A stretch of 64,000 nt of DNA from contig CAWIAD010000002.1 of assembly GCA_963833985.1 (NCBI GenBank), positions 6,464,001 through 6,528,000 of the forward strand. Reading direction: 5' to 3'. Each line of letters opens with the position of its first letter. Within the stretch, counting starts at the first letter, position 1. Source of the DNA: an uncultured Planctomycetaceae bacterium. GTDB lineage: Bacteria > Planctomycetota > Planctomycetia > Isosphaerales > Isosphaeraceae. The position numbers were made by a program, and so were the translations under genes. The notes under the pieces are model-generated. The model saw only the letters and a list, made by a program, of their open reading frames with translations, was not told the origin of the DNA and ran no database searches. Of the stretch, positions 9,901-18,900 are shown piece after piece.

Positions 9901-10221
9901 GCGGCCCGTTTCCCGGCTTTTGAGGCTTGCTGCCCTGGAGCCATCAACGGGCGCCAGGCCCAGTTCGCAGTCGCCGCTGACAGGGCCCGGCAGGCCCTGC
10001 AAGCGTTCTCCCGCGCCGGGGGCAGATGGATCGAATGCCCGGAACAGCATCGTCGGCCCGGCGGGATAGGAATCGGCTGCCTCAAGTCCGGAGGGAATCA
10101 CCGTGGCAAGTCTGGAGGGCGGCCGCAAGAGCGATTCGTTCTCGCTTGGCGGGTTCCATCCTTCCATCAACTCGCGCGCGGAATCCTGCCACGAGCCGCC
10201 GGTCTGGCCTGTTGAACTCAT
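6901..10221 (-). CDS. Eukaryotic-like Ser/Thr protein kinase with a hydrophobic segment and C-terminal TPR repeats
   Basis: LGRGAFARVY, VALK, HRDLKPANILI, LLDFNLA, GTLPYMAPE, SDLYALG; TPR-like repeats in the C-terminal half. Confidence 0.93.
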   Translation of the reverse strand: MSSTGQTGGSWQDSARELMEGWNPPSENESLLRPPSRLATVIPSGLEAADSYPAGPTMLFRAFDPSAPGAGERLQGLPGPVSGDCELGLAPVDGSRAASLKSRETGRAAGPGWPRVGSDIGGFRLLLELGRGAFARVYLAEEVNLGRRLVALKVSRAEGDEPRVLARLQHAHIVPVHSVLDEPATGLRLLCMPFFGGANLAQLLQEAWGLTHTQATGRSLVEALDQFSQRLPVAAGQDVSQALGLSGGGSQRSRLPSRTRLRTHAEIRSRTRARSLPAPAAPGQPQSAAIETVKPLPNAAADPPQAHAGRLRGLMNRLVRPGSAVDSMAGDQADDGQPSRQFLRGASGIEAAVWIVARLAEGLDHAHSRGLLHRDLKPANILIAADGTPMLLDFNLAAAAEAAPPAPDAAGTVLETAAGAAGPIVARALLGGTLPYMAPEHLDAIDPEGLTSADAVDERSDLYALGIILFEMISGSHPFPDPPSDLHTVATIRAMIAERSRPAPSLRARCPEVPWSIDALVCQCLDPEPDHRYQAARDLGEDLRRFLDHLPMKHCPEPSLRERLGKWTRRHPGLCGSTSIAIVSLVLLGILTASVALVYDGMLDLAARMKLQAFDRGFIDSQFLLGASSRDPGLLQRGMERAAGLLEDLGIRGDAPPALPQGPDSHASAGTPPEWVRRLRPPEAQRLWRQTVELLILEARGGVVLSARDGSSTARRNALDHAIALLELAERLDREPPSALFADRAGYHAARGETELARRDRDRASRIAPTDCRDLTMLGSSLLASGDLAGAESALRAAIARDTTSLWAWFVMGHCHFEQGRYLEAAGDFSACVARGPEYGWCHFNRALALARAGRLLDAKLSYDRAIELDSDLIEARVDRALVELELDRTADALVDLRAAVTRGRREPAVLAALGESLARLGRHDEAEAMFREFLETSPDDPVVLVARGMSRVPRDPAAAHQDFTAVLQKDPRNALAHYGIARLVRSGEPGAALAHLDAALHSDPNLIDALQLRALVRGRLGNRSVLDDVDSLVQAPTARRLYNAACALALYAGSAGDSRVGDRALDMLELALRGGFPAPAARNDPDLEAIRSRPGFQPLLARFTR

Positions 10222-10483
10222 CGTCGCTCCGGAAAGGCCCAGGATCGGAAGTTACCGTCCGCGATCGAGGGCATCGCCCTGCGGTGGCCGAGCCCTCCCC
10301 ACCTATTGGTCTATAGGTCTTCCCGGCCGTGCTGTCCAGGAACCACACGCCATGGACTTGCGTGAGCGCCCGAGCAGTCTTCCCGACGGTTCGGGAGACG
10401 CGTGAGACCGTTGTGTACTAGGTTTCTTCTCGGATGAGTTCCCGTCCCGCTCCAGAGGTCGCCAGGTCAAGAAGGTCAGATCC

Positions 10484-12112
10484 ATGGTCACCAGCAGGAC
10501 GAGCCAGAACGGCGGCACCGGTCTCAACGGCCCGTGCGGCAGCGAGCTGTACCGGCGCACGGCGGGCCATGGCCTGCACAGAATTGCAGCGGCGCTGGCT
10601 CACGAATTCACGGCTCCGGTGGGAATCTTCGATCCGGAGCAACGTCAGTGGAGCGTGATCCTGGGTGCCAGCCGGGCGGACCTGCCGCCCCTGGACAGCA
10701 AGCTCCTGGAGCTCATGAATTCCAGCGGCCTGCGTCTGGGACGGGTGGCGCTCTGGCGGCAGGACGAGAACCGGGCAATCACCTGGCTGGTGCTCCCCCT
10801 GACCTCGTCGGAGGCGGCCGACCTGGTGGCCCTGGCGGGGTTCCTCTCGCCGGACGCAACCGCCGGGCGGCCGCTCGTGCCCGGACTGGCGGCCCATGAC
10901 GTTGCGGGCGGCCCGCCTGTCTGGGGCCCGGCCTGTCCGGAACCGGCCCTGCGGGCCTGGGGCCAGCAGTTTCTCAACCGGCTGCAAGGCGATGAGGACA
11001 CCCGGGTTTACCCCGTGCACCCGGGCGCCGATGAGGAGGAAGCCGAGCACGTGGTGATCGGCCGGCTGATCCGCAGGATGCGGGTTTCCGAGTCGCCGGC
11101 CAGGTTCCAGTCGCTGGCCGCCAATGTCCTGAAGACGTCGCTGGCAATGTCCGCCGTGGCCTGGGTGCCTTGCGACGCGCACGACGGGGTCGTGACCAGT
11201 GGCGAGATCGAAGGACTGAATGTGGAGGCGTACCGCCATTTCGTTCCCCTGGTGCCCCGCGAGGCGGCGTACGTGGTGAACGACCTCAGCCAGCCGCCCG
11301 CCGGCATGCCCGCCCCACCGGCATACCGCTTCGCCTGCGTCCCGGCCGGCACCGCCGGCTGGCTGGTCGCCGTCAAACCCCAGCACGACCGGCACATCGG
11401 CGCCCCCGAGATCGAGCGCATGCAGTACGTGGCGTCGCTCATTGCCACCCAGTCCAGCAACGCCAGGACCTACGTCGAGCTCAAGGAACTGCTCTTCGGC
11501 ATCATCCGCGCCCTCACGGCTGCCATCGATGCCAAGGACCCCAACACGTCTGGCCACTCCGAGCGCATGGCGCGGATCGCGGTGCGCCTCGCGGAAGAGC
11601 TGTCCATGCCGCCCCAGAAGCGCAGCGACCTCTACCTGGCCGGCTTGCTGCACGACATTGGCAAGATCGGCGTCGATGACAATGTGCTCAAGAAGCGCGG
11701 GCCGCTCACGCCCGAGGAGTACCGTATCATCCAGGCTCATGTCGAGATCGGTGTGACCATCCTCAAGGACCTGAAGAAGCTCAGCCACATCCTGCCCGGC
11801 GTCCGACACCATCACGAGAGCCTCGACGGCACCGGCTACCCCGACCACCTCTCCGGCGAGGAGATCCCACTGGAAGCACGCATCCTCGCCGTGGCCGACT
11901 CGTTCGACGCCATGTCGAGCGACCGGCTTTACCGCAAGCGGCTCACGCCGATGCAGATCGACGAAGTGTTCCGCAAGGGGCGGGGCCAGCAGTGGGACGG
12001 CAAGGTCGTCGATGCGCTCTTCGCTTGCCGCGCCGACGTGGAGGCCATCCGCCAGAAGGGCCTGGGAGAAAGCCTGATCGGTGCAGTGAACGTCACCCTG
12101 GGACGGAGCTGA
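10484..12112 (+). CDS. HD-GYP domain protein (putative c-di-GMP phosphodiesterase) with N-terminal sensory region
   Basis: AIDAKDP.T.GHSER, LLHDIGKIG, HHHE.LDGTGYP, ARILAVADSFDAM. Confidence 0.92.
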   Translation: MVTSRTSQNGGTGLNGPCGSELYRRTAGHGLHRIAAALAHEFTAPVGIFDPEQRQWSVILGASRADLPPLDSKLLELMNSSGLRLGRVALWRQDENRAITWLVLPLTSSEAADLVALAGFLSPDATAGRPLVPGLAAHDVAGGPPVWGPACPEPALRAWGQQFLNRLQGDEDTRVYPVHPGADEEEAEHVVIGRLIRRMRVSESPARFQSLAANVLKTSLAMSAVAWVPCDAHDGVVTSGEIEGLNVEAYRHFVPLVPREAAYVVNDLSQPPAGMPAPPAYRFACVPAGTAGWLVAVKPQHDRHIGAPEIERMQYVASLIATQSSNARTYVELKELLFGIIRALTAAIDAKDPNTSGHSERMARIAVRLAEELSMPPQKRSDLYLAGLLHDIGKIGVDDNVLKKRGPLTPEEYRIIQAHVEIGVTILKDLKKLSHILPGVRHHHESLDGTGYPDHLSGEEIPLEARILAVADSFDAMSSDRLYRKRLTPMQIDEVFRKGRGQQWDGKVVDALFACRADVEAIRQKGLGESLIGAVNVTLGRS

Positions 12113-12195
12113 TCCGGCAAGCAGAATCGGCTGCACTTCCGACAGTCTGCTGGACCTCGTCGCGACGGTCGTGTTGCTCTAGAATAGAGCTGCGC

Positions 12196-13027
12196 AGACC
12201 GCAGCCATGGCTCCGACGAGGTCTTGAGCATGAAGAGCCCGTTTCCTGGAATGGATCCCTACCTGGAAGCGCAGGGCCGCTGGCGCGATTTTCACTCCGG
12301 CGCGATCACGTATTGCCGCGATGCTCTGAGCGACTGTCTCCCCGAGGATTACGTCGCCCAGATGGATGAGGAAGTGAGGGTTGTGTCCTGGCAAGAGGGC
12401 CATGACCGTCCCATGAGGCCCGACGTGGCCGTCCTGCGTCACGGCCAGTCCGTGGGGGAGGAACCGGCAGGTGGCGTTAGTGTGGCCACCGTGTCGCTGC
12501 TGGAGCCGGTGGCCATTCCCTTCGCGGCTGTCAGTGACGAGGTGCGCGACACCTGGATCGAGATCCGCAAGCTGCCGGATGAGCGGCTGGTCACGGCCAT
12601 CGAGATCCTCTCGCCCACGAACAAGGATTCGAGCGGGCGGGGCGAGTACCTCCAGAAACGCCACCGGCTCCGCAGGGAGGGCGTGAACCTGGTCGAGATC
12701 GATCTGCTGATCGCGGGTCAGCGGCCGGCGATGGCCAGGCCGCTGCCGCCGGGCCACTACTTCACCATCATCGGCCGCGCCACCATGGGCGAAACCGCTG
12801 AGGTTTACGCGTGGTCACTTCAGCAAGCCTTGCCGAGAATCCCGATCCCGCTGGAGGATCCAGATCCGGACGTATTTCTTGACCTGGCCGGGATCTTTGC
12901 CCTGGCCTACGAGCGCGGCCGGTACGGGCGGCTGATCGACTACAGCCGGCCGCTCGATCTGCCGCTCCATCCTCAGGACCGCGCATGGGCTGAATCAGTC
13001 GCACGCGGTATGGCCGCGAAATCTTAG
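12196..13027 (+). repeat. 832-bp direct repeat, copy A (includes the DUF4058 gene and 34 bp upstream)
   Basis: Near-identical to 14426-15257 at a constant offset of 2230 bp. Confidence 0.95.
12230..13027 (+). CDS. DUF4058 family protein (PD-(D/E)XK-like nuclease fold), copy A
   Basis: MKSPFPGMDPYLE...W.DFH, RPDV, VTAIEILSPTNK, Y..KR, NLVEIDLL, LP.IPIPL, IDY..P. Confidence 0.9.
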   Translation: MKSPFPGMDPYLEAQGRWRDFHSGAITYCRDALSDCLPEDYVAQMDEEVRVVSWQEGHDRPMRPDVAVLRHGQSVGEEPAGGVSVATVSLLEPVAIPFAAVSDEVRDTWIEIRKLPDERLVTAIEILSPTNKDSSGRGEYLQKRHRLRREGVNLVEIDLLIAGQRPAMARPLPPGHYFTIIGRATMGETAEVYAWSLQQALPRIPIPLEDPDPDVFLDLAGIFALAYERGRYGRLIDYSRPLDLPLHPQDRAWAESVARGMAAKS

Positions 13028-13191
13028 AGCATATGGCCGACGTCGACGATTCATTCATGAGCAACGCTTTGCATTTGTATGAAATATTCTTCCGGCTTGC
13101 GGTCCAGGATCGTCCGGCCACCCGTACCCACCGGCCCCAATGGATCGCCGGCCAGTTCCGCATGCAAGCTGCGGCAGGCTTGACTCTGTCA

Positions 13192-13200
13192 TGGTAAAAT
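13192..13200 (+). promoter_or_regulatory. Candidate extended -10 promoter (TGGTAAAAT) for the two-gene cassette
   Basis: TGn-TAAAAT about 40 nt upstream of ATG 13241. Confidence 0.45.
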
Positions 13201-13240
13201 GGAGGTTCAGGACAGAGCACCTGCGATTGGGGGAGTTTTC

Positions 13241-13777
13241 ATGTCGAATGAAGATATGACTTCATCGCATCTGGCTTCGGAAGCGGAAGGACACCAGGCA
13301 CTGCCTACTTTTCGTGAGTTTCTGAAGGCCAAAGCGGAAGAGACCGGCGTGCGAGATCGGCATCGTCGACGAGGCGAGTGGCTAGCGGCCATTCAGCACC
13401 TTCTCGACCAAATTCGAGACTGGCTTCGCGAGTCTGACCCTGAAGGAGTGCTCGATATTGAGCCGTACGAGGTCGCACGGACGGAGCACGACCTGGGGAC
13501 TTACGATGCCCCCGGACTGAAGATCCGGCTTGGCGCGGGAGAGGTGAACGTTTTGCCGATGGGACGAGAGGTACCGTTCATGGCGATTCGCGGTGCCGCA
13601 GGTGTGGCTGCGCAGTTCGCAGGCAGAGTCGACGTCACGGATGGATTTCGCAAGTATAATTTGTACCGGGAGATCCATGACGGAAAGGACTTGTGGCAAA
13701 TCAGGGACGAACGAAATAGGTTCACGTATTTAGATGCCGAATCACTCGGCCGAATTCTTCAGGATCTCCTCTCGTGA
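13241..13777 (+). CDS. Hypothetical protein, translationally coupled to the downstream HEPN gene
   Basis: GGAG RBS; motif pattern W...I..L...I..W...E..GTY.AP.L.I...V..LP....AGRVD; TGATG stop/start overlap. Confidence 0.8.
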   Translation: MSNEDMTSSHLASEAEGHQALPTFREFLKAKAEETGVRDRHRRRGEWLAAIQHLLDQIRDWLRESDPEGVLDIEPYEVARTEHDLGTYDAPGLKIRLGAGEVNVLPMGREVPFMAIRGAAGVAAQFAGRVDVTDGFRKYNLYREIHDGKDLWQIRDERNRFTYLDAESLGRILQDLLS

Positions 13778-14400
13778 TGCGATCGATCGATGACGCCTGG
13801 CGATGGTATGAGGCGGTGAAGAAGCTGGTTGGATGGATTGACCGGATGGCAAAACGGTACTGGAGTGAAGATGTCGAAGGACTGACTTTGAGAGATACGC
13901 TACACAACGTCAATGTATTTAGGCACGTCGATTCTGTAGCGATCCAGGATCTCGCAAGACGAGTTTCCGAGGATCTCGACGACCTGGCGGTTCTCCTTTT
14001 ATTCTCTGTCTTCGAAGCCACGGTCCGGGAACGCACACTGGAGGAGATGGAACGAGAACTCGAAACGCCGCTCCGCCATCTAGTGCTTAAAAAAGCAATT
14101 GCTGATGCAAGGGACACTATTGAACACGGGAGTTTTGGTCGCATCACGGATTCTTACAAAGAGCTCGATTCGAACGCCAGGACATTGGTTGACCAGGTCA
14201 GGCACTACCGGAACTGGGTTGCCCACGGTCGTCGTAACGTGGTCAAGAATCACGTCGATCCAGAAACGGCTCTCTTTCGACTCGAGCGTTTTCTCGAATT
14301 GCTTGATGCAGAAGCGACCGCGGCTGCGACAGGTTCACTGGCCGACCCCGCAATTCGAGCATCAGGCGGCTCGCCATCCGCGCCGCTGCAAGACGCTTGA
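13777..14400 (+). CDS. Putative HEPN-domain RNase
   Basis: Largely helical sequence; LLFSVFE segment and C-terminal RNWVAH (R-X4-H) motif. Confidence 0.7.
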   Translation: MRSIDDAWRWYEAVKKLVGWIDRMAKRYWSEDVEGLTLRDTLHNVNVFRHVDSVAIQDLARRVSEDLDDLAVLLLFSVFEATVRERTLEEMERELETPLRHLVLKKAIADARDTIEHGSFGRITDSYKELDSNARTLVDQVRHYRNWVAHGRRNVVKNHVDPETALFRLERFLELLDAEATAAATGSLADPAIRASGGSPSAPLQDA

Positions 14401-14425
14401 TGGGATCGTCACGACACGTTTTCGA

Positions 14426-15257
14426 AGACCGCAGCCATGGCTCCGACGAGGTCTTGAGCATGAAGAGCCCGTTTCCTGGAATGGATCCCTACCTGGAAGC
14501 GCAGGGCCGCTGGCGCGACTTTCACAGCAGGGTCGTCACCTACTCTTGCGACGTCCTCGGGCAGACGCTCCCCGAGGATTACGTCGCCCAGATGGATGAG
14601 GAAGTGAGGGTTGTGTCCTGGCAAGAGGGCCATGACCGTCCCATGAGGCCGGACGTGGCTGTGCTGCGTCACGGCCAGTCCGTGGGGGAGGAACCGGCAG
14701 GTGGTGGCAGGGTGGCCACCGTGTCGCTGCTGGAGCCGGTGGCCATTCCCTTCGCGGCTGTCAGTGACGAGGTGCGCGACACCTGGGTCGAGATCCGCAA
14801 GCTTCCGGATGAGCGGCTGGTCACGGCCATCGAGATCCTCTCGCCCACGAACAAGGATTCGAGCGGGCGGGGCGAGTACCTCCAGAAACGCCACCGGCTC
14901 CGCAGGGAGGGCGTGAACCTGGTCGAGATCGATCTGCTGATCGCGGGTCAGCGGCCGGCGATGGCCAGGCCGCTGCCGCCGGGCCACTACTTCACCATCA
15001 TCGGCCGCGCCACCCTGGGCGAAACGGCTGAGGTCTACGCGTGGTCACTTCAGCAAGCCTTGCCGAGAATCCCGATCCCGCTGGAGGATCCAGATCCGGA
15101 CGTATTTCTTGACCTGGCCCGGATCTTTGCCCTGGCCTACGAGCGCGGCCGGTACGGGCGGCTGATCGACTACAACCGGCCGCTCGATCTGCCTCTCCAT
15201 CCTCAGGACCGCGCATGGGCTGAATCGGTGGCGCGCGGTATGGCCCGGAAACCCTAG
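14426..15257 (+). repeat. 832-bp direct repeat, copy B
   Basis: Near-identical to 12196-13027. Confidence 0.95.
14460..15257 (+). CDS. DUF4058 family protein, copy B
   Basis: Same motifs as copy A; differs mainly in residues ~23-36. Confidence 0.9.
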   Translation: MKSPFPGMDPYLEAQGRWRDFHSRVVTYSCDVLGQTLPEDYVAQMDEEVRVVSWQEGHDRPMRPDVAVLRHGQSVGEEPAGGGRVATVSLLEPVAIPFAAVSDEVRDTWVEIRKLPDERLVTAIEILSPTNKDSSGRGEYLQKRHRLRREGVNLVEIDLLIAGQRPAMARPLPPGHYFTIIGRATLGETAEVYAWSLQQALPRIPIPLEDPDPDVFLDLARIFALAYERGRYGRLIDYNRPLDLPLHPQDRAWAESVARGMARKP

Positions 15258-15270
15258 GCGGCGGCCTGCT

Positions 15271-15708
15271 TCACTTGAGCGTGCTGTAATCGGTCGGGTC
15301 CATGAAGACGGACTCGACCTTGTTCACCAGCGGGCCATTCTTGTGGCTCTCGGTGAAGACCTTTTTCCACTCGGGATCCTCCCCGAATTCCTTCCATGTC
15401 TTCCTGGCCGCCTCGCGATCAGGGAATGCCAGCAGGTAGACGAGCTTCGACCCCTTGCCGTCCTTGTCGTCCTGGGGGGTCCAGAAGCCGATCAGCTCTG
15501 CGCCGTGCTTTTTCAGAAGCGCACAGGTGTGGTCGCGAAACCGCGCGTTCAAGTCGGCCAGCTTGCCGTCGTTGGTGTGGTAGGTGCGAAGCTCGAAGAC
15601 GCGGTGGCCGGCCGAAGCCGAGGCTTGGCCCTGAGCCTGGTCCTGGGCCAGCACGGTGCCGCTCAGAGCGGCCAGCGCGATCACAAGGGCGGTCCAAACG
15701 CGCATCAT
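15271..15708 (-). CDS. NIPSNAP family protein with signal peptide
   Basis: VFELRTY, L.ARF, IGFW, LVYLLAF, W..F..DPEW, PTDYS. Confidence 0.9.
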   Translation of the reverse strand: MMRVWTALVIALAALSGTVLAQDQAQGQASASAGHRVFELRTYHTNDGKLADLNARFRDHTCALLKKHGAELIGFWTPQDDKDGKGSKLVYLLAFPDREAARKTWKEFGEDPEWKKVFTESHKNGPLVNKVESVFMDPTDYSTLK

Positions 15709-15940
15709 TCAGTAGCTCCCGGGTGAGAGTCCGGACGGGTAAGAAGCTCGTGCGACTGCGTCTCCATTGATAACCTCCGTTGCCTGCCGGCTCAAGTCCG
15801 TGCCGCCAGCCGCCGGCTCCCGGCCCTCGGACGATGCGCGCGACGCCAGAGCCGCTCCGCCCGGATCAGCGGAACGGCTCTGTCGCTCTGGCTCACGGGT
15901 TCCGCGTGGTCCGTCCAGGTGTCGCGGAGGGCCTCCAGGT

Positions 15941-18900
15941 TTAACGGAACTGTCCGGCCGGGGCGCCCTTGGGCTTGTCGCCCTCCGGGTTCTTGTAGCG
16001 CTCATGCAGGCGCTGGATCTGCTTCAGGTTGTTCGATGTGTTCTGCGACCTCAGGTTGGCATCGAGCGCCTGGTTGGGTTCAGACCCTCTGGTCTGCTGC
16101 GGTTGCCCGGCCTGGCCCTGATTCGCCTGGCCCGGGTTCGACATGGGGGCCTGGGGCATAGGCGGCTGACCGACGTATCCGGTTCCGCGGTAGAAGGCAT
16201 ACTGCGTGTCCTTGCGCACAACCGCCGTGACCTGTCCCTGCACGCCCTCGGCGACAAAGACGCCTCGGAGATCGGAATCACCCGAGAAGAACTCGGAGTT
16301 GTTGCTGCCGATCACCTTGACCTGGACCCTCGGCACCAGGTCCTTCGAGCGGGCGTCGCGCACGGTGATCCGGACCCGGCCGCTGGCCGGCTCTTCCAGG
16401 ACTTCCAGCTCCAGGGGAGAAACGAGCACGATCCCGGAGGCGTAGAGGTTGTCACCTCGGATCATGACCAGGTACGCTCCCTCCCGGGTGAGGGGCAGCT
16501 CGATCGTGCGCGAGCGGTCGTCGTAATCCGAGCCGTCACCCAGGCTGACGCTCTTCTCGACCAGCGGCGTGATGCCGGCGAGATCAATGCCTGCGATGCC
16601 GTTCAGGTTGCGCCTGGTGAGGTAAAGCTGCATCAGGTCCACGGGGTAGACGGTGACGTCGGCCCTGGCGATGTTGCGGTATTCCAGCTTGATCCCCGGG
16701 CTCGCTGGCGGGTCCGGTCCGCCTGCCGCCCTGGCCGCGGGCGGCTGAAGAGCGATACTGCGCAGGCCCCCCGGAGCGCCCGTGCGGGCCACGGCGGGTT
16801 TGTTCGCGGCACGGACCACCGTGACCTCGGGCATCTTCAGCTCTTTACGAGTGTAGAACTCCACGGCGCTGGCTGCATCGGTGAACCGGTCGGTGACCTG
16901 GCGATAGTATTCCAGGGCCTTTCCCGGCGCCCGCCGGGCGTCGAAGATCTGACCCAGGATGTAGACCGCCTGCCACTTGTTCGGGCTCGGCTGATCGGCC
17001 CCGCCGGCGTCCTTGTAGACCGACCGTGCGATTTTTTCGGCCAGCTCGACGGCCCGGTCATAGCGGCCGAGATGGAAGTTCCCCAGCGCCTCGCTGTACT
17101 GGAAACTGTCCAGGAGTGTGCTTCTGGGGAAGGTCCTGGCGAACCGCCCGGCGAGCTTCGCCACGGACTCGTAGTCTTCCAGGTCCAGGAACGCGGCCAC
17201 CAGTGCCAGGCTGGCCTCGTCGGCCATGGGGCTGTTGGGCGACTGGGAGAGGAAGATCTGGATCATCCGGATTGATTGCATCAGGAGCTGGGAACGGGTC
17301 ACACCGGCGGCAGCCAGCTCGCGGCGTAGCTTCGGGTCGGTATAGGCGGTGGAGGCCGCCTGAGACAGCACCTGGGAGAGCCCGAAGAAGTCGCTCTCGA
17401 TCGACGGCGTGTTGGGATAGGAGCGCCACAGATCGATGAGGAACGTCATGGCGTCCAGGGTATCACCGCGCTGGCGGAGCAGCTCGCCGATGCGGGCATC
17501 CTCCAGGTAGCTTGCCTCGACCAGTCCGCGCCAGACGATCATCGCCCGCTCGTATTCGTTGATATCGCGGTAGGCCCGGCCGATGACCTGAAGCTGGTCG
17601 AAGCTGAGCACGAGATCGGGGGCCTTCTCCTTGACCACCTCGAAGTACTGCACCACCTTGCGCGGGTGGTAGTCCTGGATGCTGATCAGCAGCAGCATCC
17701 GCGCGGCGTCTTTGAGCACGTCGTCGCGCAGCGAGTAGCCGGAGAAGAGCGGCTCGAGCGCCGCGGCCGACTCGGCGAACCGGCCGGCGTCGAAGTGGGC
17801 CTTGCCGCGGGCATAGAGCTCGTCGGGCGTGGGGCGGTACGGATCGGTCTTCGTCTCTCCGGGTGCCAGGACCTTCAGCGCTCCGGCCTGGCCAAGATGG
17901 AATCGGCCCGGCTCATAGGCGCTCCGGACGGAGGCTGGAAGCGTCCGGTACTGACCGGGCAGGTAGCCGTAGACCTCGTAACTCATCTCGCCCGGGAACT
18001 GGTCGGGGGGAAAGTAGAAGCGGAGTACGCCGTCGGCCAGGTCGTACGCGCTGGCCGAGGATTCGACCGATCCTTCGATCAGCGTTGTGCCGGCTGGGAG
18101 GTGCTCCTCGACGACCAGAGAATCCCGCTCCCATTCCGGCACCGTCGCGGCGGTTCCGCGCCACACGTTCAGGCCCACGCGAACTTTGCCGCCCAGGGCG
18201 ACCTGAGAGGCGATGTTCTCGAAGGGAGCAGGGTTCAGGACCACGCTGAAGCCGGCGGGGAGGACCTTGCCGTCGAGCTCCGGGTCGGCCGGCCTGTAGA
18301 CTCGTCTTTCCACCCAGGTCTGCCGGTTGGCGCGATCCTGGTCGGGGCCGAAATCCCGGGTGAAACCGGTGAGCGTGACAGCGTAGCTGAAGCTGCCCCG
18401 CCCCTCCATGGCCAGGCCCACGCGATTGGCATCGCCTGCCTTCAGCGCGCGGGCCGGCACCAGGATCGTCCGGCTCTCGGCCGGCCCCTGCACGGGCAGT
18501 TCCGAGACCTTGACGTCATTGACCGAGACCGTGAGCCGGTAGCGGTCCTCGGCCCCTTTGGCCCGGCCATGGTAGAGGGCCAGCGCGGCCAGTGCAGGGC
18601 CCTTGGCCTTGTGCGGGATCCAGCCATGGCCGAAGCGGTGCGCTTGCAGCCAGTCGATGGCCCGATCCAGCTCGCTGGCCTGGGGCCGCACCCGTGCGAA
18701 GGCCAGGCTGATCAGCGCGCTGGTCTCCACCGCGCCGCGTGCCGCGGCCGACTGCGTGGAGCCGTCCCAGAAAAGCCGAGCCGGCCGGCCCGGCGCCACT
18801 GCCTCGGTGCGGGCGCGGGGAATGAGGACGGTGAGGATCTCGCCGGCCATCTCGGGACGCCCCAGGTTGGCGAACGTCAAGGCCAGGTAGCCCAGCGCCG

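Noticed and set aside
12196..15257. Diversity-generating retroelement (template/variable repeat pair) or composite transposon
   Set aside because: Differences are not adenine-specific, no reverse transcriptase is present, and the repeats encode DUF4058 with no transposase or terminal IRs.
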